Origin: Octopus bimaculoides
Lineage: Eukaryota
Assembly: GCF_001194135.2 (NCBI RefSeq)
Contig: NC_068984.1
Coordinates: 119,466,778 to 119,530,777 of the forward strand
Length of the DNA stretch: 64,000 nucleotides
Direction: 5' to 3'
Position numbers and translations under genes: made by a program. The notes under the pieces were generated by a model. That model was not told the origin of the DNA, ran no database searches, and saw only the letters and a program-made list of their open reading frames with translations. Of the stretch, positions 14,233-25,082 are shown piece after piece (the first letter of the stretch is position 1; each line of letters starts with the position of its first letter).

Positions 14233-14444
14233 ATTATTTACATTTGACGGATATTTGTCCTCATCTTGTTTGTTGTTAATACAACGTTTCGGCTGATATA
14301 CCCTCCAGCCTTCATCAGGTGTCTTGAGGAAATTTCGAACCTGGATTTTCATTCCCATCAGCCGAAACGTTGTGTTAACAACAAACAGGATGAGGACAAA
14401 TATCCGTCAAATGTAAATAATTCCTCATCTCTTAAATATAGAAC
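14233..14444 (-). mobile_element. Penelope-type terminal-repeat fragment with an inverted partial duplication; 12-bp TSD TCCTACCAATAC (14221-14232, 14445-14456)
   Basis: 65-bp inverted arms 14233-14297 and 14357-14421 (2 mismatches); TSD read directly; contains a hammerhead core. Confidence 0.8.
14278..14323 (-). ncRNA. minimal type I hammerhead ribozyme motif (Penelope-associated type)
   Basis: Minus strand: GACAC CUGAUGA A GGCUG-gaggguauau-CAGCC GAAA CG UU GUAUU. Core CUGAUGA and GAAA, 5-bp stem II, palindromic AACGUU stem III, and stem I with one mismatch. Confidence 0.75.
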
Positions 14445-15019
14445 TCCTACCAATACGTTTCAGAGTGTGTAAGTTACGATTATATCAGAATCTGACGCAA
14501 AAAGAAAAATGGTGAGCACGCACACATACATACTGACACACATCACAATATTTTTTCAAAATTTCGAATTTCATTTTCTAGATATGTGTTGTGTTGTCAG
14601 CATGTATTTGTGCGAGCTCACCACTTTTTTTTCTTCAAATCAAATTCCGATATAATCGTAATCTACAGACTCTGAAAAGTATTTGTAGAAAATTACATTA
14701 AAAAATATCAATTTTTCTGAAAGTTATGACGAAACAAAGCCTACTCGCGCGAATTTTCCGAAACACTTCTTATCTATGGAAAAAAAATATTTTCACAACA
14801 AATTCCGATTTAATCAGAATCTACACCATTAGAAGTGTATTTGCAGAAAATTTGATTAAAAAAAAAATCAATCTATTTTTTCTGGAAGCTATGAAGGAAA
14901 CGTAGACGAGTGGGGCACACTTGTGTAGGTATGCCATTATTATCATGCATATACATACAGAGTGGGTTTCTGACCATAACCACTAAGATATTGTTTGACG
15001 ATATATATATATATATCTT

Positions 15020-15110
15020 TTGGGCGCAGATTGGCCTCACTAGCCATCTGCGGACTCACAAAGCAAGCCCACCCTCACCCCAGGATGACTAGATGGTCTT
15101 CGTCGCATCG
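15020..15110 (+). mobile_element. short 3' fragment of RTE family B
   Basis: AQIGLTSHLRTH...ggatgactagatggtcttcgtcg matches the 3' end of 27597-27690. Confidence 0.7.
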
Positions 15111-15233
15111 ATACACACACATGTATGTGTATATATACATACATACATACACATGTATATGTGTGTGTGTGTGTGTATATATATATGCATGCATATATAC
15201 ATCCACATGTGCTTCGACACGTGATAACTACAT

Positions 15234-15271
<38 letters not shown>

Positions 15272-15664
15272 CACACATCATGCACATTATATATGCTCCC
15301 TACACATCAATCATAGAAGAGTTGTCGACCAAACAATCCCGATGTTATGAATGCTTTAATAAGTTACTGTACGATCGATTAAAAAAAAAAAGATTTTTTT
15401 TTCTTTTTTAAGAATAAAAATATTTTTGCAAAATCTTAACGCGAAAACAAAAAGAAATTCTTTGATTAACTTTGTTGTATTTTGTAACAGTTGTCTATAA
15501 TAAAAATTATTAGCGTGTCGTAAGTTTGTTGGAGTTAATGGTGTATACGAAGAAAAACAGAAGAAAGATTATTTTCAAATAATTTTCCTTCCGCATATGA
15601 TTATTAGAGAAGATTAAGAAATGCTCACGAAAGCAAGTTATAATTGAGTAATAATAAATAAAAC

Positions 15665-15740
15665 CTGGTAGCGACTTGACGTGAATCATTCCAATAATAA
15701 TAGTTTTTGATCGTTGAAATAGTTTCACAAACGCCTCCAT
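15665..15740 (-). CDS. first coding exon of a BtpA/SgcQ-family TIM-barrel protein (MEAFVKLFQRSKTIIIGMIHVKSLPG); downstream exons not found in the window
   Basis: IIGMIHVxxLPG is the N-terminal signature of BtpA/SgcQ proteins; CCAG|GTTTTA donor in phase 1. Confidence 0.72.
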
Positions 15741-15779
15741 GTTTACATTTGGTGATAGGAAATGTATGTACGGTTTCCA

Positions 15780-17230
15780 TGTGATGACTATGGATGTACA
15801 TACACGGTTGAGTATTCAATGAATTTAGAATTTATATGACGTCAAATATTTATTTTGAGCAATGCAACTTAACGAAACACCAATGTTTATTACATTATTT
15901 TAAAAATAAGAACAAATTGGTAACTTGTAATATCGCTTACGTTTCAATGAATTAATGATATTAAGGAAAGACGCTCTTCCATCCTAGTATCGTAACCATG
16001 GATACGGCATCTCTATCAGCCAATGAAAATGAAGTAGTAAACCCAGCTAGGTTTCTTGCACTGTTATTGTGGTTTGATTTATTGTATAAAAGTCGCGTAT
16101 TTTAATACCGCTTAATTTTCAAAACAATTGCAATTTATTCTCTGAGTAATTAGCTATCGAACAACATGCAACTTGCCGGGTATTCATGCTTTATTTCTAA
16201 AAAATCAATTTTTCTATCACACGTTCTCGCTAACACCATCAAATGTAAACTTGTCTGTTTATGGAATTATTCATCAACTTTAGAAACATTTTGATTGAAA
16301 AAAAGTTACAAAACCTCTCGAATGACATTCTAAGATGATTTTATTGGTTAAATCTATCATTTAGAAGTTATTGAACACATTAAAATTTAAGAGAAAAACG
16401 AAACTCCAAGCTGCCTTCAATGACTCGGTTGTATGTATCGGAATAATTTGCATCATGTGTGAAGTACGGTGTCGACCAAACATCAGATTATTGAAAGATT
16501 GGAATTTTTGTGATATTAAATTAATATTTTTTGATTTTCTGCATTTTGATAACCATTTACATGCGCATTGATAAGGTTGAAATTGGCGGGACTAACTGTG
16601 AATGCTGCCACGGTAGTTCTTTCATTTCACTTCGGTCTACCATCGGGTGCGGACATGGCTTGCTGCTGTTAGCTTCACATCTTCAATTTGCAGCAACAAC
16701 TTAGAATATCTTTATTATAATTTAAAAAAGGTGAATAATTACTGATGTAACTAATTTAAGATTTAAAATTGAAGTATTAATCGCCGACGTGGAAGTTTTT
16801 TTTTTTTTTTGCAACAACTAGAGCAATTCATTTTCGACTTAGAATCTGTTGCGGTCTTGATTATATATTTTTATCATTCCTAAATGTTGAAAGAAAAGAA
16901 ATTATTAATACTTTATTAACATTCGAAGCCAGTTTTAGCTTTTATTTTTTAATTATTAACTGAGAATAGGCGGAAGTGAAATATTTTCTCGATGGGGGAC
17001 AACTATAAAGCCATGAAAACTTTTGGATAGGGGAAAAATTCCACTTCGGCTTCTACACATTTGTTAGAATAACGCTCATAGAAGTATCTTAAAATGATTA
17101 ATTTTCGACAAGATATTCTTTATTTAATCTTCCTGACCATATAATTTCAGATTTACCGCTGCTGCGGATTGACTATGCTCTGTAGAAGGTAAGTAGATAA
17201 CTTAAGTAAAATTGTTGCCGCCATTTTCGA
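15780..17230. promoter_or_regulatory. putative bidirectional promoter region between the BtpA-like gene and cyclin E
   Basis: CpG-retaining. TGACGTCA (CRE) 15837-15844; CCAAT near 16020; ATTGG/TTGGCGGGA (CCAAT/E2F-like) 16582-16591; GGCGGAAGTG (ETS-like) 16969-16978; GCCGCCATTTT (YY1-like) 17217-17227. Confidence 0.6.
17175..17188 (+). CDS. CCNE1: cyclin E coding exon 1 (MLCR + 2 nt)
   Basis: ATGCTCTGTAGAAG|GTAAGT; phase 2 matches the next exon. Short, so less certain than the others. Confidence 0.65.
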
Positions 17231-18409
17231 ACTTGTCTTTCTATGTCAGTTCATATTCTTTACAGTTTTAATAACTTTTTGTTTCATTATTTCCAGATCA
17301 AAAGTTAAACCTGCCATGAACAATGTGTTAAAGGCTGATAACAAAAAAAGAAAACCCCAAGATGTAAGTATAAATTTATTAATTTAGCCTTATTGCAACC
17401 GGTATCAGTGAAGTTAACGTTGGAGGTCTTTGTTCGCTAAGAAGCTATCAGACAACAAATAAATGTGATATACAGGCCTTGATACCTATTTTTTTCTAAC
17501 TTCCAGACTTCTAATGTGACTACAGCGGCTAACAAGAAAAAACGAAGATATCCAATAAAGGTAACATGAGCTTAATTTCTTTATTTTACATTTTTTATAG
17601 GTCGTCTTTTAAAGTAGTCGTTCTTCGTTTATCGGCAATTTTTGTTTGGCGCCCTGTGACTTAGTAATCTGCGTTTTTCACGTAATTTTTATTAATTATT
17701 TTGCTTAAAATATTTTCTAATGTGTAGTATAAGGTTTAAAGATAACTTCTATCCAATTTAATTAAGTACCTAGTTCCATGTAAGTAATATTCTTTAACTT
17801 TTTCCCCCTTCGTCTCCACTTGGTCACTCCCAGTTCATTTGCAATATTTTTCATGATCATTAAGTCGGGGATCAGATTCCTGCATCTCTTAAAACAGCTT
17901 TATTTCATAATTTTTATCTCTAACATGCAACATCTTTTAGATATAATTTCTTTTTTTTTTTTCATACATTATCTGAAGCTACATTTAATATTTTTCTCGG
18001 TACCTTAGACCCCTTTACCTTCATTATACTACGATTGATAATCAATAAAGAAAAATCCTCAGTAGAAATCTTTTGGGATCTTATCTACAAAACTGTTCTT
18101 AACTAAACTTTTTAGAAATTTGCTGTCATGTTTCCTCTTTTATGTCTTCTAAAAATTTCTCAAAGGGAAGACAACATTGACTTGATATATGTATGCCACG
18201 TCTTAGATATGAAAAAAAGATATTTATTAACTTGTAATACTCTTTTTTTTTTAATCCTTTACAAAGACTCTTGTAGACTTATTAAATTCCGTAACATCTT
18301 TTTATTTTTCTTTAAGGTAGTATGACTTAACAATGGTCTTCAAATATATATTCCTTATCTAGATTGTTTTCTATTTTCATATAACCCCCTCCCGATCCGT
18401 GTATTTTTT

Positions 18410-18457
<48 letters not shown>

Positions 18458-21400
18458 ATATTTATATATAGATATAGATTATACATATATGTGTGAGTGC
18501 GTGTGTGTTTTCTCCCCCTCTCACCATCTATTGTAATTTTTCGAACCTCTCTCGCTAGGCCACAGCTGTATGTAAATTTTGAGGTTCTGATAAAAGAGCT
18601 GACAGCTGCGAGCTTATTATTCCGCCAAACATTGCATTTTTGCGCACTAAAGTGTTTGAGGCGCAAAAGAGGCTGTATGGCTGCAAGTTGTCAGGTAATG
18701 GAAAATGTATTTGTGTATGAATTAGTCAATTTTTAATATATTGAACTGAAAAATGCATTTCGATTGATTTTTTTAAATTTTATTTTTGTAAGCTCCCGTC
18801 ATTTCTCACCTTAGTTCATCTCGCAAACGCTTAATACTAAACGGTGAGGTCGACCCTCCACCACCGCCACTACCTAGATGGTCTATGTATCTAGGTCAAT
18901 GTTAAGACACCCACACCAGATTAGTACCAAGGAATTTCTTAAAGTTGCTTGGTTGGCGTTAAGATGTGCTGTAATTGTTTCTAGAGTCTTTCTTAAAATA
19001 CCTTAATCCTTTATAATTTTTTTTTTAATCTGAGAAGCCATTTCGCATTTTGAAGATTACAGTTTTTTGTGGGAATGTGAGAAACTTGATTTTAAGTTTA
19101 TGAGTGTATTTAATATTTCTTTATGCAATTTTGCCATTTTATTATATCTTTCAGAATCAATACTTATCAATAATAGATAAACCTATGGTTGCCACTTGTT
19201 CCATTGTCACCGCACCCGAAGATCCTGGTTCAACAGCAAGTACAAGTAGACATTCCACCCAACCAGAATTAGTTGGCGGCTCACATTTTCGTTTTAAAAA
19301 TTATTTGGTAACTCCAAACAATGCAAAACATTCGCCCCTTCCTAAACTCAGCTGGGCTGATTCCCATGAAGTTTGGCAGGTTATGTTGGAAAAAGAAAAC
19401 AGTTATACTAAAGATCCCTGTATGTTGGATCGGCATCCCTCTTTACAGTCAAAGATGAGGGCAATTTTATTAGATTGGCTTATTGAGGTGAGTTTATGAA
19501 TCATTAAGAAAAAAATTGATGATTGCACCCTATGCAATTCGATTTTTTTTTTAAATAGTTTACTTTTGGGAGCTTTGGTTAAGACTTGTCAACTGGTATT
19601 TGAAGAAAGACTTTTGAATATCCAGTAAGATTATACTTTTCAGCATGTTAACCTGCATGCTGTAGCAGTATTTGGGTTGCATAACTGTGCATATCCAGAA
19701 GTAGAGTGCAAAGTGCCTCTTGCTTCTGTAAAGAAACTCAACTATGGATATGTGTATGTAAGAGGGACTATGAACAACTAGCAGCCAACTGATGGGAGAG
19801 AATAATCTTTAACTCTTTAGCTTTCAGATTACTCTGTCTTGCAATTGCTTATTCATTCACATTGTTTCGAATTCATCACACATTATCTTGCAGTTATAAA
19901 ATTTAAGTGACTTATTAATTTTTTAGAATGACCTAGTTTAGGTGTAAGAGGCTGGTTTAAACATAAAACAGGTAGAATATTTGGACCAGATATATCCAGT
20001 TTAAATACTAAAGGGTTAAGGGGAAATGATAGCCATATCATCAGTACTTTGTATATGGTGTGGCTTGCATTTTGTTGGGTGGTATAAAGCAGCAATATGA
20101 AATGATTCGTTCATTTAATATTATGGAGCAAAAATAATTAGCTCCCATGGCTCAGTTTGAGGCAAATTTTCTGTAGCTGGAGGCCTTTCCTGTTGCCAAC
20201 CCTTAACTGATTCCAAGCAAGGTAATATTTTCTCATGGCCAGACATGTCTTTGCAGAATATTGGAAATAAACGACATTTATTTAGAACAATTGCTCATTG
20301 TCAACAAACACAATGGGCTTTTTTCAGTTTCTGTCTATCAAATCCACCTACAAGGGTTTGGTCAGTCCAGAACTATAGTAGATATTTGGCCAAGGTGATA
20401 CATAGTGGGGCTGAACATAGCAGTTGGGAAGCAAATTTTAAATATTTTTAGATATATTTAACAACTTACAGGCTTGGCTTTTCTCTCCTCCAAACTGTCC
20501 TGGAAAATCAATCTACCTTCTGAATGCGTGGTCGGACCTACCAGAATGGAAGTGAGCCTTATAGAATGCATTTTCATGCCTTCAAATATAGTAAATAAAG
20601 CAAGATAGCTGAAATTTTAAATTCCCCACTACAAAAAAAAAAATCATGTATGACATACTCTATTTCAGTGACTTCGATTTTGGTACATTGCTCATTGAAA
20701 TTGTGGTTGAAGTACATTAGATAAGGAAGTTGGGCTTGGTGTGTTTTGAAAATACCAATTCCATGCCCATTTTAAAAATAGATATTGAATCAGATGGATA
20801 ATAGGTTTTGATCATGGAACTAAATGTTCACTTGTCAAGATGTCCAGTATTGAGTGGCTCTTCTGTATTTAGAAGTTAGAATGTTTTCTGTTTTTGGCAA
20901 CATTCATTGTTACAAAATGAATGTAATTAAAGCTTTTGAGTAGGTGGTGGGAAGGTTGTTGCTTTATGGATTGATATGTACTGAATGTTGCCTCTCACAT
21001 GGTAATTGTTTATTTTTGGTTGCATGACTTGAAGTTTTTTTTCTGTTTTGTTTTTAGGTATGTGAAGTATATAAGTTACATCGAGAGACCTATTATTTAT
21101 CACTCGATTTTATAGATCGTTATTTGTCAAAAGAAAAATGTGTGATTAAACATCAACTTCAACTTATAGGAATCACTTCGCTGTTTATTGCAGCCAAGTT
21201 GGAGGTGAGTTTTCTAAATTATTTTTTAAAATTTACAAAATTACACATCTCAAATTACTAGCAATTGGAGAGTTCATTCTTCATGCTGACTTTTTAAGCT
21301 ACTCAATCCCATGTTACCAACCCACCTAGTACCATCTTTATTAATGTTTATATCATCATCGTCGTTTAACGTCCGTTTTCCATGCTAGCATGGGTTGGAC

Positions 21401-23837
21401 GATTTGAATGGGGGCTGATGAAACCAGATGGCCACACCAGGCTCCAATCCGATCTGGCAGTTTCTACAGTTGGATGCCCTTCCTAACGCCAACCCCTCAG
21501 AGTGTAGTGGGTGCTTTTACATGCCACCGGCACGAAGGCCAGTCAGGCGGTACTGGCAACGGCCAAGCTCGAAATGGTGTATTTTATGTGCCACCCGCAC
21601 AAGAGCCAGTCCAGCGGCACTGGCAATGATCTTGCTCGAATAGCTATATATATGAATATATATATAAAACTTAAGCTAAATTTCTTCAGTTATTATTTGT
21701 TGAAAAATGGAAGATATCAGTCTAGTCTGATGAAACGATGATGAGTCATGATAGGGTTAGAATAATGTATGAGCTAGGTTTCTTAGAGCACGGGGAAATT
21801 TAAATTTTTTATCTTTTGTTAATAATTAGTGAAATTGAAACAAAGGCTAGTAAAATTAAATATCTATTTTCCTAAATTGCTATTTCAGGAAATTTATCCT
21901 CCAAAGCTTTCTGATTTTGCTTATGTCACTGATGGTGCTTGTTCCGATGCAGAAATTTTGAACCAAGAACTAGTTATGCTGAAGGTAGGTTTGCTATTAA
22001 TGTCTTCGAACTCCATTTAACGTCTGTTTTTCATTTTGTTACCTGTTGCATTGCCCTAATTTTGGTTTTAAATATTTATTTCAGGTACTGAGTTGGGATT
22101 TGTCTCCAATGACAGTGACTGCTTGGCTAAATGTCTACCTTCAACTTGTTAATGTTGATAAAATAGCTGAAGATGGTTTTGATTTCCCACAATATTCCTC
22201 AAATGTTTATATTCAAATAGCTCGGGTAAGTTCTATATTGCTGGAAAAAGATTCCTAATTTGGATACTTCACATTGTATTTGCTTGTAAATTGTTAACAA
22301 TGTTTTGCTTATTATCCCATGTAAAAACTGATCTTTTATTTACATCTTAATCTTGTTTCTCTTTGCAGTTAATAGATTTGTGTATGTTAGACATTTATTG
22401 TCTGCGCTTTACGAGCAGTGTGATAGCATCCTCAGCCTTGTATCATATGGCTTCCAAGTCTGTAGCATTAGCAGTGTCAGGTAAATTATATCAGCCTTTT
22501 TTCTTCTTTTTTATTGGTTTTCACTTTTTGATCTGTTTCTTAGTAGTGGTAGGCTTCAATTATACAGAGATATAAAATTCCTTGCTCCCAGAACCTTTAA
22601 TGTTTTGATTAATCTGTACCCCAGCATTGATTTAACACTCTTATTTTCCTTTCCTTTATCTTTTCTTTCTTGCATATTTCAGGATTACCTATGGCCAGGT
22701 TGCGTCCCTGTATACAGTGGATGAACCCCTATGCTATTACACTTCGCGAGGCAGGTCCAGTAGAACTGAAGTTTTTTCCAATGGTGCATATTGATGATAG
22801 TCACAATGTTCAAACGCATGCTGTTGATCTAGATTTGTTGGTAAGTTTTAATTGCAAGCTTTTGTTCTCTCTGATAATGTGGAGGTGCACTTAGTGTTAT
22901 CCACTTGTGTGCTATACCCCTGAATTCAGCTGATTGTATACTTGTAGGATACCCTATGCAGTATTCACATCAGCTGTTGTTTGCATCTTTCATCAGTTTC
23001 TAGTGAAATAACTGACCTGTAGCACTGCTGGTGGTTATGTGATTAGTAAACTAATACTAGTGGTAGGGATAATGATATTGGAGCCTACTTTTTCCATCAC
23101 TTTGATTTGTACTGTGAACTTCTTATATTTACATTAGGTGGACAGTGCTCAAAATTCATACTGTTTTTAGGTATTGGTGTGGATTTGCTAAAGCAGTTTG
23201 ATGATAGAGCCTTATCACCACTGTTTTAATGTTTTTTCCATATTTGCTCGGATCAGATGGAATTTGTTATAGCAGGTTCTCTACTGTTGGATGTCCTTCC
23301 TTTTTCTAAGCATAGTTCTATTTCCCCATGGCCAAGCAAGTGACATTCATGCATGTGTAATATATATCCTCATGACCAGGCATGTTTTTAGTGAAAGATT
23401 GGATGTTTGCTAGTGACCATCATGGAGGTTCAAGACAAGGACACACACAAATGGGCTTCCTTCAATTTCCATCTAAATCCATTCCCAAGGGTTTAGTCAC
23501 CATATTATTATAGTGGAAGTCACTTGCCATGATGTTGCAGTGGCATGTTTGTGAATTTTGCACATTTAAAAATTTTTTCCTTTTGAAGTTATCTGACATT
23601 TGGTTTGGTGTTCATTCATATATCTTGACATATTTTTTTTTTCTTCAGGAAAAGGCCCATTTGAAAGAAGCTGAATTGAAATCAACAATGCAATATGATA
23701 CGGAGTCCTGTTCAGAAGCTATATTGTTAACCCCTCCACAGAGTGATAAGAAAGAAGTGTCAACCGATGCATTAATGTCATTATTGTCCACTCCTGACGG
23801 ATCCTCAGAAGAACTCACATCAACATCATCTCCTTGA
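17175..23837 (+). CDS. CCNE1: G1/S-specific cyclin E, full gene model: exons 17175-17188, 17297-17363, 17507-17560, 19155-19487, 21058-21204, 21889-21984, 22085-22225, 22369-22480, 22683-22840, 23649-23837 (1311 nt, 436 aa)
   Basis: All introns are GT-AG and phase-compatible. The translation contains SPLPKLSWA, the cyclin box [57 protein letters not shown] and the Fbw7 degron LLTPPQS. A single invertebrate cyclin E; the symbol denotes the family orthologue. Confidence 0.96.
17297..17363 (+). CDS. CCNE1: cyclin E coding exon 2 ([22 protein letters not shown])
   Basis: ttccag acceptor, GTAAGT donor, basic NLS-like KKRK. Confidence 0.8.
17507..17560 (+). CDS. CCNE1: cyclin E coding exon 3 ([18 protein letters not shown])
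   Basis: ttccag acceptor, AAG|GTAACA donor, phase 0/0, basic KKKRR cluster. Confidence 0.8.
19155..19487 (+). CDS. CCNE1: cyclin E coding exon 4 (NQYLSIID...[11 protein letters not shown])
   Basis: tttcag acceptor, GAG|GTGAGT donor; start of the cyclin box. Confidence 0.97.
21058..21204 (+). CDS. CCNE1: cyclin E coding exon 5 ([13 protein letters not shown]...FIAAKLE)
   Basis: tttttag acceptor, GAG|GTGAGT donor; cyclin box core. Confidence 0.97.
21350..21640 (-). mobile_element. RTE family A 3' UTR copy in cyclin E intron 5
   Basis: Same sequence as 290-558, reverse orientation. Confidence 0.85.
21889..21984 (+). CDS. CCNE1: cyclin E coding exon 6 ([32 protein letters not shown])
   Basis: tttcag / AAG|GTAGGT; classic cyclin E motif. 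Confidence 0.97.
22085..22225 (+). CDS. CCNE1: cyclin E coding exon 7 ([10 protein letters not shown]...YIQIAR)
   Basis: tttcag / CGG|GTAAGT; phase 0/0. Confidence 0.95.
22369..22480 (+). CDS. CCNE1: cyclin E coding exon 8 ([14 protein letters not shown]...ALAVS)
   Basis: tttgcag / CAG|GTAAAT; second cyclin fold. Confidence 0.95.
22683..22840 (+). CDS. CCNE1: cyclin E coding exon 9 ([14 protein letters not shown]...[13 protein letters not shown])
   Basis: tttcag / TTG|GTAAGT; HNVQTH motif typical of cyclin E. Confidence 0.95.
23649..23837 (+). CDS. CCNE1: cyclin E last coding exon (EKAHLKE...LLTPPQS...STSSP stop)
   Basis: cttcag acceptor, LLTPPQS degron, TGA stop. Confidence 0.95.
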   Translation, partial: EKAHLKEAELKSTMQYDTESCSEAILLTPPQSDKKEVSTDALMSLLSTPDGSSEELTSTSSP

Positions 23838-25082
23838 TCACATAGGGCAGTTTTACCTGACTACACATTACATGTTACTTTCTCTTTAATTTGGCTGTGC
23901 ACTGCTATTGAAGACCTGGCTGAGGCTATTGCAGATAATCCTTAATTCTACAGATTGAATTATACACAGCAGCTCTAAACTTGACAATGTGCTAGCACCT
24001 TGGCCTATCCTTCATTTGTCCTATCTTGGATCATTTGCACTATTCCCTGTTAACATACCTGATGCATTGCAGACATAAGACAGATTTAAAAAAATATTTT
24101 TGTATATCCCTGATGGAATGAATAGATTCATATTTATTTCCTCTGGACAACTTAAAAGTCTTTGTCCTTCCTCATACCAAATTTATAGATTTTTGCTGCT
24201 GATTTCCATCTTAAAGAGAATCTAATGCATGAATGTTAACCTCCCTTCCACCCTCCTTTTTTTTTTGTGACCAAAAGAGACAACTGAACATTTGAGAATT
24301 ATTTCTACCTACATCACAAGTTTGTGGTTCATTATATGAAATTTAGTTGGATTTCTTTGCACATTGAAGACATGGCAATGTGATATGAATTCCATCCTTT
24401 TTTTTGTAAATATGTTTGTACATACTTCAGTTACCTGGATGGTTTTGACATTCAGGTAATGACTGTAAATAGGGTTATTTTTCAAAGCATCACATTATTT
24501 AAAACAAAAAGTCTATTAAAAAAACAAAAAAAACCTAGTATTTTGCCTGCTCTTTACTGCCATTATTCTCTGAATATATCAGTAACTCCTATGTGCAAAG
24601 CAGCCTAGTATTGGCTGATGCCCTCCTGAGGACTTTAAAATAGCAAGTGCTGTGAGGGGTGGGTGGGTAGATAAGTGTATAAAGAGACATGCACTGTAAA
24701 TAAAAATATTTAAATTAAAAAAACAAAAAAAACTTAGGTGGCTGGTTATAAAACTGAGCAACTATTATTTAACGAATGCTGAACATTAAACATTTAACTC
24801 GAGGAGTTAACAGTTGTCTTTCATTATATGTTATTACCTGCGTTCAGTGGGAGTAATTTGGTTGTGAAGCTAAACCTACCGCCCCCTTTATTTTAACTTT
24901 TTTTTTTATGTAGAGTATATTAAAGAAGAAAAGTTCTTTCCTCCAAATTGTACTCCTGAACAGAACATAAGTTAATTACAGACTTAATGTGCTATTTGGT
25001 TATACCTTTTTAATAAAAAAAATCATGAAACAATGTGTTTTTGCAATTTTTTAAAATTAAATACAATTTATTAGTGGGATTT

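Larger units (their letters stand above)
13999..14937. mobile_element. long imperfect palindromic foldback/MITE-like element, interrupted by the 14233-14444 insertion
   Basis: Left arm (about 13999-14232 plus 14457-14560) is the reverse complement of the right arm (about 14580-14937); a related end occurs near 62515-62640. Confidence 0.75.
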
